Shown in pieces: positions 17,586 to 26,168 of a DNA stretch of 35,448 bases (the stretch's first letter is position 1; every line of letters starts with the position of its first letter). Location: NCBI GenBank assembly GCA_964391265.1, contig CAYMLT010000002.1, positions 1 through 35,448 on the forward strand. Reading direction: 5' to 3'. This DNA comes from an uncultured archaeon. Its GTDB lineage: Archaea; Asgardarchaeota; Thorarchaeia; Thorarchaeales; Thorarchaeaceae. The translations under genes were made by a program, and so were the position numbers. Below the pieces are notes generated by a model. It worked only from the letters and a program-made list of their open reading frames with translations, did no database searches and was not told the DNA's origin.

Positions 17586-17618
17586 AAAAAAGGATGGCGC
17601 CGAGGATGAGATGTGTTC
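17586..17618 (-). repeat. tRNA-Ser 3'-exon att-like repeat, copy F (the functional tRNA 3' end plus trailer)
   Basis: aaaaaaggaTGGCGCCGAGGATGAGATgtgttc. On the minus strand this is intron end / T-stem 3' strand / acceptor 3' strand / G73 / CCA / T-rich trailer. Confidence 0.85.
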
Positions 17619-17742
17619 GCCTTGACTGATTGTCAAAGGCATTGAACTCATGCATCCGAAGATACCGGTTAACCTGGTCTGAGAGTGCATAACACTCCAA
17701 TTTTCAAGACCGGCGCCGTAATCCGGGCTTGGCTACCTCGGC
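17595..17742 (-). tRNA. tRNA-Ser(UGA) with two predicted introns and an encoded CCA
   Basis: Minus strand. Acceptor GCCGAGG pairs perfectly with CCTCGGC. D arm GCC-AAGCCCGGATTAC-GGC. Anticodon stem CCGGT/ACCGG with loop CTTGAAA, interrupted after position 37 by ~32 nt. Long variable arm TATCTTCGGATGC. T stem ATGAG/CTCAT with loop TTCAA..AT, interrupted by ~29 nt (hairpin GCCTTTGAC/GTCAAGG). G73 then CCA. 148 nt genomic, about 87 nt mature. Confidence 0.8.
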
Positions 17743-17833
17743 ATATTTGTAGGTCGTTATCGGACCCGTTTCTTCAGTCCATTTGAAATGCCTTTTAAGC
17801 TTCTTGTCGTGGTGGCACTTTGATGTGAATCAG

Positions 17834-18268
17834 ATGACCAAGAGAGGTTTCAAATTTCATGAGCACACTGCAGACATCACTGTAGAGTGCTGGGCACCTA
17901 CTCTTGAAACTGCCTTTGCAGAGGCTGCCCTTGCAACCTATGAGGTCATCATGGATACTTCGACTGTTTCCCCTACAGAATCCACCAAAATCTGTGTCAC
18001 TGGGTACGATCTCAATGAGCTTCTCGTTGAGTGGGTTGGTCAAGTTATCGCATTGATTGACATCGAGTACAAATTCTACTCAAAGTTTGAAATCACTTCA
18101 CTAGCCAAAATTGATAACACCTATACTCTGGAAGGGTTAGCTTGGGGCGAAGCGATAGACTTTGAGAAGCATAAAACACGGACTGAAGTAAAAGCAATGA
18201 CATATGCTGATATTAGAATCGAAACCGAACCAGAGATTACGCGGATTTGGTTTACTTTAGACCTCTGA
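17834..18268 (+). CDS. archease (RtcB/tRNA-splicing ligase cofactor)
   Basis: Signature FKFHEHTADITVE near the N-terminus and a C-terminal VKAMTY motif. ATG 17834 is preferred over the upstream TTG at 17783. Confidence 0.85.
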   Translation: MTKRGFKFHEHTADITVECWAPTLETAFAEAALATYEVIMDTSTVSPTESTKICVTGYDLNELLVEWVGQVIALIDIEYKFYSKFEITSLAKIDNTYTLEGLAWGEAIDFEKHKTRTEVKAMTYADIRIETEPEITRIWFTLDL

Positions 18269-18278
18269 GGAATGAAAA

Positions 18279-19133
18279 ATGCCATTCGAAATTGCACTTC
18301 CCGACACTTCTCTCTCCGATTGCTCTGACCTTCGACAGAAAACTATCAAAATTGGTCAGATTGCACGAGCAATTGCTGTATTCAAAGTAGATAGTGTAGT
18401 AATTTATCAAACAAACTCTGAAGGAAAGATTCGAAGAGACCTGAATCTACTTGAAAAGCTCCTGAGGTATATGGACACGCCTCAATATCTTAGGCGTACA
18501 GCATTTCCTATGGCCCCCTCATTGAAGTATGCTGGGATTCTCCCTCCCCTGCGAATACGGAGCCATCCTATTGCACAATCAATGAGATCAGTGTCTGATG
18601 GGGATTTTAGATGGGGTATTCAAGCAGGACCTGGAAAAGTGGATATTGGCCTAAATGAATTGATAGATTGTGATGAACAAATCAGTAATCGCGACCCCAC
18701 CTTGTTCCAGCTTCGTTGGATAGATCGTGCGATTCATCTCGCCGTGGTGGAGAGGAGTTCCACAGACCGTTACTTTGGCTTTGATGTCAAAGTCACTGAT
18801 AGTTTAATAAAACATCTCGAAATATCCAGTTCAAAGACACGAATTGCCCTTTCAAGAATTGGTGTGCCCTACAGTAGTATAGAATCAGAGATCAAATCGG
18901 TAGTTGGTAATACACGGGATGTGGTTGCAATCTTCGGCGGTCCCCGTCGAGGTATTAGAGAGCTATTTCCTCAGGAGAAAGACACCATGAAGGGTTTCAT
19001 TGATTACTGGGTGAATACTGTAGATGATCAGGGAACAGAAACTGTGAGAGTTGAAGAGGCACTGTGGGCAAGCCTTACGATGTTCAACAGTTCATTTGGT
19101 GCAGACGTAACAAAACCTGGCTTTTTTGCCTGA
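18279..19133 (+). CDS. SPOUT-superfamily putative RNA methyltransferase (DUF171/COG2106, SPOUT1-like)
   Basis: 284-aa ORF. N-terminus IALPDTSLSDCSDLRQKTIKIGQIARAIAVFKVDSVVIY is typical of this family. A GG...G knot region lies near the C-terminus. Confidence 0.7.
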   Translation: MPFEIALPDTSLSDCSDLRQKTIKIGQIARAIAVFKVDSVVIYQTNSEGKIRRDLNLLEKLLRYMDTPQYLRRTAFPMAPSLKYAGILPPLRIRSHPIAQSMRSVSDGDFRWGIQAGPGKVDIGLNELIDCDEQISNRDPTLFQLRWIDRAIHLAVVERSSTDRYFGFDVKVTDSLIKHLEISSSKTRIALSRIGVPYSSIESEIKSVVGNTRDVVAIFGGPRRGIRELFPQEKDTMKGFIDYWVNTVDDQGTETVRVEEALWASLTMFNSSFGADVTKPGFFA

Positions 19134-19140
19134 GAAATAC

Positions 19141-19169
19141 GGAACGGAGGTTTGGGTACCATCCGTTCC
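19141..19169. terminator. hairpin between convergent genes (GGAACGGA-13 nt-TCCGTTCC)
   Basis: Perfect 8-bp stem located between the stops of the SPOUT gene (+) and the acyl-CoA dehydrogenase gene (-). Confidence 0.35.
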
Positions 19170-19184
19170 ACGACAATAATTCTC

Positions 19185-20384
19185 TTAGAAGTCAGGTGCT
19201 TTTTGTCCAGTCCACTTGGGTAGATTTTCCATTGCAGGTTGGTAACCATCAAGTACAAACCTGCCGAGTATCAAACGTTGCACCTCGCTTGTACCTTCAT
19301 ATATTTGGTATAGTTTTGCATCTCTGAACAGCTTCTCAACAGGATACTGGTCAATGTATCCGTACCCTCCATGTATCTGAACCGCTTCACTTGCGCACCA
19401 CATAGCTGCATCAGTGGCATATGCCTTGGCCACGCTTGCTGGAATTGTAGCATCAGGTGTATTATCTGCAGCCCATGCAGCTTTGAGGTACAAGAGTCGA
19501 GATGCTTCTACTTTCATATACATCTCTGCCAGTTTGAACTGAATCACTTCAAACTCTCTAAGTTTGCTACTGAAGACCTCTCTTTTGTCAGTGTATGCTC
19601 TAGCGAATTCCATTGATGCTCTTGCAAGGCCTGTTGCAAATGCAGCAATTGCTGGTCGTGTCATAGCAAAAGTCTGCATAGCAATTCGAAAGCCTTGTCC
19701 CTCACCCGCAAGAAGATTCTCTACTGGTACCTTTGCATCTCTGAACATTACTGAAGAAGTGGCGGAGGCTCTATGTCCCATTTTCTCAACTGGTTTTCCA
19801 GTTTTGACTCCTGGAGTGTCCGCATCTACAATGAATGCACAGAGTGCTTTGTGTCTTTTACTCGGATCAAGACTTGCGAAGACTGTGAAATAATCCGCAT
19901 GAGGTGCATTTGTTATCCAAAACTTGGCACCATTGAGAATGTAAGAATCACCTTCCTTTCGTGCAGTGGTCTTGATTCCTGCAACATCACTACCCATTCC
20001 AGGCTCAGAACACGCAAAAGAAGCAAGTTTCAGTTCTTTCGTTAGGGGGCGCAAATACTTCTCCTTTTGCTCATGAGACCCTGCAATCAACACTGGCTCT
20101 GGCCCAAGTTGGTTGGCAAATATGCTCGTAGTCATTCCCGCACAGCCAGCAGCAAATTCTTCGACTGCGATACATGCATCGACTAACCCAAGGCCAAGTC
20201 CACCATATTCCTTTGGTATTCCCAGATTCATCAATCCAGCTTCCCACGCTTTCTTGATTATTGGTATTGGAAATTCACCAGTTTTGTCATAGTATGAAGC
20301 GTATGGAAGCATGTATTCTTGCGCGAAGTCACGTGCTTTCTTCTGTATATTTTTCTGTTCGTCTGTTAAAGAGAAGTCAATCAT
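19185..20384 (-). CDS. acyl-CoA dehydrogenase (short/medium-chain type)
   Basis: ACAD motifs (CSEPGMGSDVAGIKTTA, ILNGAKFWITNA, QIHGGYGYIDQYPVEKLFRDAKLYQIYEGTSEVQ). Start set at MIDFSLTDEQ (ATG 20384). The track's N-terminal extension to 20582 overlaps the upstream gene and looks non-coding. Confidence 0.9.
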   Translation of the reverse strand: MIDFSLTDEQKNIQKKARDFAQEYMLPYASYYDKTGEFPIPIIKKAWEAGLMNLGIPKEYGGLGLGLVDACIAVEEFAAGCAGMTTSIFANQLGPEPVLIAGSHEQKEKYLRPLTKELKLASFACSEPGMGSDVAGIKTTARKEGDSYILNGAKFWITNAPHADYFTVFASLDPSKRHKALCAFIVDADTPGVKTGKPVEKMGHRASATSSVMFRDAKVPVENLLAGEGQGFRIAMQTFAMTRPAIAAFATGLARASMEFARAYTDKREVFSSKLREFEVIQFKLAEMYMKVEASRLLYLKAAWAADNTPDATIPASVAKAYATDAAMWCASEAVQIHGGYGYIDQYPVEKLFRDAKLYQIYEGTSEVQRLILGRFVLDGYQPAMENLPKWTGQKAPDF

Positions 20385-20440
20385 ATCTAACAACACCCAA
20401 CCTTTGTTACAATAACTAGAACAGTTTCTATCTGTATATG

Positions 20441-22753
20441 TTACTTTTGAAATGGTGCGTTCGTTTGAATGTATCCGTTCGGAGAAACAATTTGCCTGAC
20501 AACTTCCGGAAGGTTCCACTTGAGGTCTAGTTCCAATGCACCGCCTTCTGTGCCCGGACATCTTCTTACACAGGTTCTGCATCCAACACAGAGCCAGAGA
20601 TCTACTTCAATTGTTCCAAATCCTGGTTTTTGCTCATTGAGTCTTATTTGGGAGGTTGGCTTGACCGTTGCAAGGGACCTGACGGTCTTGTAAAACATTG
20701 CCTTGTTTACAAGCTGTTTTTCAATCTCCTCGTCCGTCAATTCAAAGAACTTGGGTACGTCGATAACTGGTTTGAGTTTGATAGCATCCTCTGGACATGC
20801 AATTTCACATGACTTGCACCCGACACACTTTCCAAAGTCCCACTCAATTGTACCAAAACCTAGGAGTGGGGCATATCCCATCATACCTCGGTATTCCTCC
20901 AGTACAGATGGAACGTCAACATCTAGCAAGTCTTCAATTGTGACCTTGGGTCGCGTGCTTGGGAGTCGTGCTCGAGTTCGATAGCCCATTGAAACCGATG
21001 ACTTGATTGTTTCTTCTACGCTCGAAAGAATGTCCTTTCCAACTACCGTTCCATCTATTGTGATTGACTCCATTTTATCACGTGACTTAGAGAAGATCTC
21101 AAGAGCACTTGTAAGTCTGCCAATTGTTCCAGGAGTAAGATCGGAGAGAATCTCTCGAAGCTCAGCTCCAGCCTGAGCAGTCTGAGATGCCAGATTACAG
21201 GCAGTCTGAATTGCAATTTCTGCTTCGTTCAGTGTTCTCGGGACATCATATAGAATATACCCATGCTCTTCGCCAGCAATGGTCAGCAACTCATCACGTT
21301 TCATCCGTAGTAAGTGTTGTAAAACTCTATCTTGCGGAATCCTAGACTTTTCAGCAAGATCTTTTGTAGTCATTGCTCCAATCTCTCTGATTAGAATGAG
21401 CAAAGTTCCTCTCTCAAGCTCGGTAACGAGATAATTATCCATAATCTGTTTGTATTTCTCAGAATCAAGCTGTTCTCCATAGGCATTAAGCCCAGAAACC
21501 AAGTTTGGTCCTTTCTCAAGCGTGATTTTCAATCTGAATCTTGTAAAGGCCTCAAGACCTGCTGATACTAGAAGACGAAGCTCATCTGAATCTTCGGAAG
21601 ATCCCGAACTTATGGCCGCTTCTGTAGCCTTTTCGACAACTTCTCGGAGATTGGTCACAGACTCAGAGAGAGCAGTTTCATCATACGCTCCTAATAGCTG
21701 AAGTCGCTCAAGAACACCCTCAAGCTGCTCTAGAGGTTCTTGGATGATCGATTTACTTGAGTCATCCAGTGTTTTTACTATTCCGCGAAGCTGCTGAACG
21801 ATATGTTTCACAACAAGTGTTGTGTCTGGTGTCGTGGTAAGAACCTTAGCAAAGACAGGAGCATCGCCATCAAGTCCGACCATTTCCACTTCGCTTCGGC
21901 CAATCATGCTAACAATTGCATTCTGTACATCTTTTGGAGATATTCCCATAGATTCCCCTAATTGTACAGCCGTTTTGGATCCCATTTTCTCCAGCACAAA
22001 CATGATGATGCCACGGCGAAGTTCTACGAGAAGGTTTGTGCGAATCAAGTCCCCGAAACGGGTATCATCTATTCTCCCATCTCTTTTTCCTCTCTTTAGC
22101 TGTGCCGCAATTCGAAGAAATGGACCATATCGGGTCTTGGTTCCCAATTTCTGTAGTCCCGTCAGTGAAGCATCTGGGTCTGAATTCAGATCTGAAGTCA
22201 GTGAGGCAAAGGATTCGGTCAGAACCTCTAGTTCTTTCATTGCTTCTTCCTCATCTGCTTTTGCCTTCTCCTCAAAGCCGCTAATAATTGCTTGAATGCT
22301 AGAAATAAGGTCCCCTACTGGTTTTAGAATCCCTGATACATCTCCCGCTGAATCATCTTGGGTAGTATCTTCTTTCTCTGCCATGGAATCAAGGATAGTC
22401 TTCAGAGTTTCAAGTAGGCCCGTTAACGCTGATGAATCGCCCTTAGAAAGTGCAGCCTCAAGATTTCCTATAGCTTCAGTAAGAACACCTCTATCGGAAA
22501 GCGAACTACCAAGACCTGCCTTCTTTACAGTATCAAGGAATGCTTGGAAGTATCTCTCTGGAAATTCAAGAATCTCTGCCGTGAGGGGTTCAATATCCTG
22601 TTTCAACTTAGAGATTTCTTCATTCACTTTGCTAAGGGGAACAGCAGTTTCCTCTTTGAGTCCACCAAGTACCAACATCATATCCATCATGCGTTGTCTC
22701 TTGGGCGCACTCGCCTTTGCAACTACATCGCCACTCATTTCTCTGTCTCCCAT
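20441..22753 (-). CDS. large uncharacterised protein: helical N-region, two winged-helix-like modules, C-terminal 2x[4Fe-4S] ferredoxin domain
   Basis: 770-aa ORF. Internal duplication (NLLVELRRGIIMFVLEKMGSKTAVQLGESMGISPKDV versus NYLVTELERGTLLILIREIGAMTTKDLAEKSRIPQDRV). Motifs CVGCKSCEIACPEDA and CVGCRTCVRRCPG lie ~65 aa apart. The start is either 22753 or 22738; the latter forms an ATGA overlap with the hdrA stop and has GGGAG upstream. Confidence 0.75.
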   Translation of the reverse strand: MGDREMSGDVVAKASAPKRQRMMDMMLVLGGLKEETAVPLSKVNEEISKLKQDIEPLTAEILEFPERYFQAFLDTVKKAGLGSSLSDRGVLTEAIGNLEAALSKGDSSALTGLLETLKTILDSMAEKEDTTQDDSAGDVSGILKPVGDLISSIQAIISGFEEKAKADEEEAMKELEVLTESFASLTSDLNSDPDASLTGLQKLGTKTRYGPFLRIAAQLKRGKRDGRIDDTRFGDLIRTNLLVELRRGIIMFVLEKMGSKTAVQLGESMGISPKDVQNAIVSMIGRSEVEMVGLDGDAPVFAKVLTTTPDTTLVVKHIVQQLRGIVKTLDDSSKSIIQEPLEQLEGVLERLQLLGAYDETALSESVTNLREVVEKATEAAISSGSSEDSDELRLLVSAGLEAFTRFRLKITLEKGPNLVSGLNAYGEQLDSEKYKQIMDNYLVTELERGTLLILIREIGAMTTKDLAEKSRIPQDRVLQHLLRMKRDELLTIAGEEHGYILYDVPRTLNEAEIAIQTACNLASQTAQAGAELREILSDLTPGTIGRLTSALEIFSKSRDKMESITIDGTVVGKDILSSVEETIKSSVSMGYRTRARLPSTRPKVTIEDLLDVDVPSVLEEYRGMMGYAPLLGFGTIEWDFGKCVGCKSCEIACPEDAIKLKPVIDVPKFFELTDEEIEKQLVNKAMFYKTVRSLATVKPTSQIRLNEQKPGFGTIEVDLWLCVGCRTCVRRCPGTEGGALELDLKWNLPEVVRQIVSPNGYIQTNAPFQK

Positions 22754-24900
22754 GAGCCGGCTTTACCACTATGCACCGGAGTTTCCCCATATTTTACAGC
22801 CCTGGCCACCATTTCCTTTATTGCATTGGTAAACCGTTCAGGTTCTGCCGAAAACATTCTGAACATCTCAACTCTATCCCCTTTCCATCCAATGGCATTC
22901 AGGATATCTCGGGCAACATCCACCTGCACTTGTGCAATTTCATTACCCGTTCCACCAACATGACATCTATCCTTCTCACAAGCAGCAATCATAACAGATC
23001 CCGCACCATTTTCAAACGCTTTCAGAATGTCAATTATACTCACACGCCCCGCACAGGGGACTGGAATCAACCGTGTGCTCGCCGGGTATTCCATTTTTCG
23101 AGTCCCTGCAATATCTATGGTGGAAACTGCGCATTCTTCACAGTAGAAACACAAAGTCGTGGGTTTAGCTCCATCTGCCTTTTCCAATGTTGCCTCAATT
23201 TCGGACCAAAGTTGATCATTGCTCAAGAAGTTCAGTTGTGTGGCACCAGAGGGACATAAACTCTGACACACACCACAAGCATGACAATTCAGAGTGTCAA
23301 TGGCTGCTTTGAAGATAAATTTCTGGTCTTCATCTAACACCTCTTCCTCTGTCTGCTCAATCATGAGGGGCACTCCACGTGGACATTGTTGTGCACACAG
23401 GCTGCAACCAACGCAGTCATCTACGTTCAGAACAGCACCACGGGCAATTGACCGGATTTTTCCTCCTTGCAACTCATTGTGCAATACCAAGGCTGCAGCT
23501 TGAGCATCAGTCATTGCCTCGAAGACGAATTGTGGTCTAGTTACAGCACCAACTGCAACGACGCCGCGTCGACGAGTTTCGTTTCTCCGGAGTTTCCCAT
23601 AGAGCTCTTTGATATGACCATCATCTTGCAGAGCATACCCTAGAGTTTCCGATAGTTCTGATAGTCCATCAGAGGGAAGAATTGCAGCAGAAAGAACGAC
23701 TAGATCTGCAGGGACTTCAAAATACTGATTCAGAAGCGAGTCATAGATTTTGACATAGGTTTGTCCTTCCTTTTCCCAGACCATACTAATACGGCCACGA
23801 ATGTAATCTACACCTTTTTCTCGTGATTCTTTGTAGATCATCTCATTCTCAAAGGGTACTCGAATATCCATGTAGACAATTCTCACATTTATACTTGGGT
23901 CCCTTTCAAGAAGTTCGAGTGCATTATCTATTGCAAATGTACAACAAAGTTTGCTACAGTTTCTCTTGTAATCCTCAGATCTGCTTCCTACACATTGAAC
24001 CATTACTACCTCTTTTACTTCTCCCTCATTAGAAGGTCTCTTAAGAGTCCCTCTAGAAAGCATGGTGGAGAGCTCATACTGTGTCAAGACATCGGGGTTC
24101 TTTCCATAGCGATATTCATTCATCATGACTGGCTTGAATTCCTTGAATCCGGTGGCCATCACAACAGCAGATGTCTGCAAATTGCCCTCATTTTCACCAC
24201 TAGTCACGTAGTTTACTGTAAAGTTGCCCATTTCACCCTCGAAATACTTGACTAGAGTCTGAGTCATGACTGTGATATTCTTACTCTTCTCAAGTGCCTC
24301 AAGTCTGCCTTTCAATACTTCAATACCTGGTTTGCCAGTAGGTGCGATTACTGGAAGATTCACAACATGGCCACCCAGTTTTTCTTCGAGTTCTATAAGG
24401 GTTACACTGTAGCCTAGATTATCCAAGCTCAATGCAGTTTCTATTCCTGCGATTCCACCACCAACCACAGTCACATGATTTGCGACTTCTTTTTCTTCAA
24501 TTGATAGTGAAGTGGAGATACCCGCAGAGGCAAGACCGCCTCGCAGCATATCCAGAGACTTTTCGGACGCTTCTTGCTTGTCCGGATGCACCCAGGCAGA
24601 ATGCTCACGGATGTTAACGTAACGAATTCTTGAAGGATCTATCCCCTTCTGTTTCAAGTATTGATCAATTCTGGGCTGAATCTTTTGATTTGTACAGGCA
24701 CCAAGAACAAGTCGACCGCCACTCTTGACCATGAGTTCTGCAATCTTCTCCAGTCCATCTTCTTGACAACATGTGTCATGAACTGTGACAGAAGATGCCA
24801 TTGAAATCCTTCCCAACTCAGACGAAAGGAAGTCATAATCCAAATTGAGTTGTTTGCCACATGTGCATAAGAGAACTGGTGATTTTTCAATATCTGCCAT
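22735..24900 (-). CDS. hdrA: heterodisulfide reductase subunit A with C-terminal MvhD-like domain
   Basis: 721-aa ORF. N-terminal Cys domain (LLCTCGKQL), FAD motif VTVVGGGIAGIETA, HdrA cluster region VQCVGSRSEDYKRNCSKLCC, ferredoxin motifs CVGCSLCAQQCP and CHACGVCQSLCP. MvhD-like end: CFYCEECA...IPVPCAGRV...MIAACEKDRCH. Confidence 0.88.
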   Translation of the reverse strand: MADIEKSPVLLCTCGKQLNLDYDFLSSELGRISMASSVTVHDTCCQEDGLEKIAELMVKSGGRLVLGACTNQKIQPRIDQYLKQKGIDPSRIRYVNIREHSAWVHPDKQEASEKSLDMLRGGLASAGISTSLSIEEKEVANHVTVVGGGIAGIETALSLDNLGYSVTLIELEEKLGGHVVNLPVIAPTGKPGIEVLKGRLEALEKSKNITVMTQTLVKYFEGEMGNFTVNYVTSGENEGNLQTSAVVMATGFKEFKPVMMNEYRYGKNPDVLTQYELSTMLSRGTLKRPSNEGEVKEVVMVQCVGSRSEDYKRNCSKLCCTFAIDNALELLERDPSINVRIVYMDIRVPFENEMIYKESREKGVDYIRGRISMVWEKEGQTYVKIYDSLLNQYFEVPADLVVLSAAILPSDGLSELSETLGYALQDDGHIKELYGKLRRNETRRRGVVAVGAVTRPQFVFEAMTDAQAAALVLHNELQGGKIRSIARGAVLNVDDCVGCSLCAQQCPRGVPLMIEQTEEEVLDEDQKFIFKAAIDTLNCHACGVCQSLCPSGATQLNFLSNDQLWSEIEATLEKADGAKPTTLCFYCEECAVSTIDIAGTRKMEYPASTRLIPVPCAGRVSIIDILKAFENGAGSVMIAACEKDRCHVGGTGNEIAQVQVDVARDILNAIGWKGDRVEMFRMFSAEPERFTNAIKEMVARAVKYGETPVHSGKAGSWETEK

Positions 24901-24904
24901 TTAA

Positions 24905-26155
24905 TCACTTCCTCCCTTGGAGAATCTTTGAAACCACGGCTCTTGCTTGTGTAACACTTTCGGGAACCTCAGCTGGTCCCAAAGCTGCTCCACAAGCATA
25001 GACATGGTTTCCGGCTACAACTTCATTTTCCGAAACAAGATCCGCAGGGGCAATAAAGCCGCTTGCAACTTTTAGCCCGAGTGATTCGATTATCTTCTCT
25101 CCGCCTTCAGGAGGTTCAAGAGCTGATGACAATACAAAAAGGTCCACTGGAAACTTGAGGTATTTATCTAACAGTGAATCGTACACGATGATATCAAGTG
25201 TGTCATCATCTCGTGGTTCAATCCTTGCCACTCTTCCACGGACGAATTCAACGCCATTTTGTCTGGCTTCTCGGTAGTAGCGCTCATGTGAGTCATAGGT
25301 TCTGATATCCATATAGACGACACTGATCTTACTTGCATCACGCTCCTCAGCAATGATATTTGCATGTTTGAGAGCAAAGACACAGCATATCTTGGAACAG
25401 AATGGATAGTAATTCTCATCTCTACTTCCGACACATTGTACCATCATTACTCGTGTTGCAGGCTTTCCATCTGATGGGCGAAGGAGCTTGCCCCCCGTAG
25501 CACCATTTGGATCCAATATTTGAGCCAGCTCGAGTTGAGTCACTACATTCGGATACTTTCCATATGCATATTCATCAATATTGACTGGCTTCATCTCGTG
25601 ATAACCAGTTGCGATAACAATATCTGAAACCTTCACGGTTTCATCTCGAGTCGTAGCATCCAGATTGATTGCTTTAGTTGGACACTCCTCAGCAGCTTTT
25701 TTATCACCTTCGCCTGCTTTAGATGAATCATAAGTTACTGCCTGTGGCTGACACTGAGGGGATACCAATGAAAATGCGTCTGAGTGTTCCATACAGAGTC
25801 CACACATGATGCACTTCTTGGCTTCGACATATTCTGGTTCAATGTGTATTGTAACATCGAACTTTCCTGCTTCTCCTGCAATATTCTCAACATATGAGTT
25901 GATTTTGAGGTCTATATTTGGCTGGTCAGTGAGTGCACTTCTGTAGAAACATTTTCTGATACCTGGACGCCAACGATTTCCTTCGAAACAATAGAAGCAA
26001 TCATCAGTTGGAAATGCCTTGTAAAGATCCAATGCATTTCCTCCAACCGTCGGAAGTCTTTCTACAACGATAGTGGGAACTCCTGAGTCTGCAAGTTCCA
26101 CCGCAGCGGTGAGACCTGCCACTCCAGCGCCTATGATGAGGACCGGATTCGACAT
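24905..26155 (-). CDS. HdrA-like FAD/FeS oxidoreductase (short paralogue lacking N- and C-terminal ferredoxin/MvhD domains)
   Basis: 416-aa ORF. Motifs VLIIGAGVAGLTAAVELA, inserted CIMCGLC, VQCVGSRDENYYPFCSKICC and ACGAALGP. GAGGT upstream of the ATG. Confidence 0.8.
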   Translation of the reverse strand: MSNPVLIIGAGVAGLTAAVELADSGVPTIVVERLPTVGGNALDLYKAFPTDDCFYCFEGNRWRPGIRKCFYRSALTDQPNIDLKINSYVENIAGEAGKFDVTIHIEPEYVEAKKCIMCGLCMEHSDAFSLVSPQCQPQAVTYDSSKAGEGDKKAAEECPTKAINLDATTRDETVKVSDIVIATGYHEMKPVNIDEYAYGKYPNVVTQLELAQILDPNGATGGKLLRPSDGKPATRVMMVQCVGSRDENYYPFCSKICCVFALKHANIIAEERDASKISVVYMDIRTYDSHERYYREARQNGVEFVRGRVARIEPRDDDTLDIIVYDSLLDKYLKFPVDLFVLSSALEPPEGGEKIIESLGLKVASGFIAPADLVSENEVVAGNHVYACGAALGPAEVPESVTQARAVVSKILQGRK

Positions 26156-26168
26156 CAGATATCATACC

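Noticed and set aside
11985-17618. Could the six short repeats be a CRISPR array?
   Set aside because: Spacing is irregular (0.4-2.4 kb) and the intervals are protein-coding. The repeat is the tRNA 3' exon rather than a palindromic CRISPR repeat, and no cas genes are present.
20385-20582. N-terminal 66-codon extension of the acyl-CoA dehydrogenase ORF.
   Set aside because: It overlaps the 3' end of the upstream 770-aa gene and is Cys/Arg-rich with no ACAD similarity. The canonical ACAD N-terminus (MIDFSLTDEQ) starts at 20384 with a purine-rich tract upstream.
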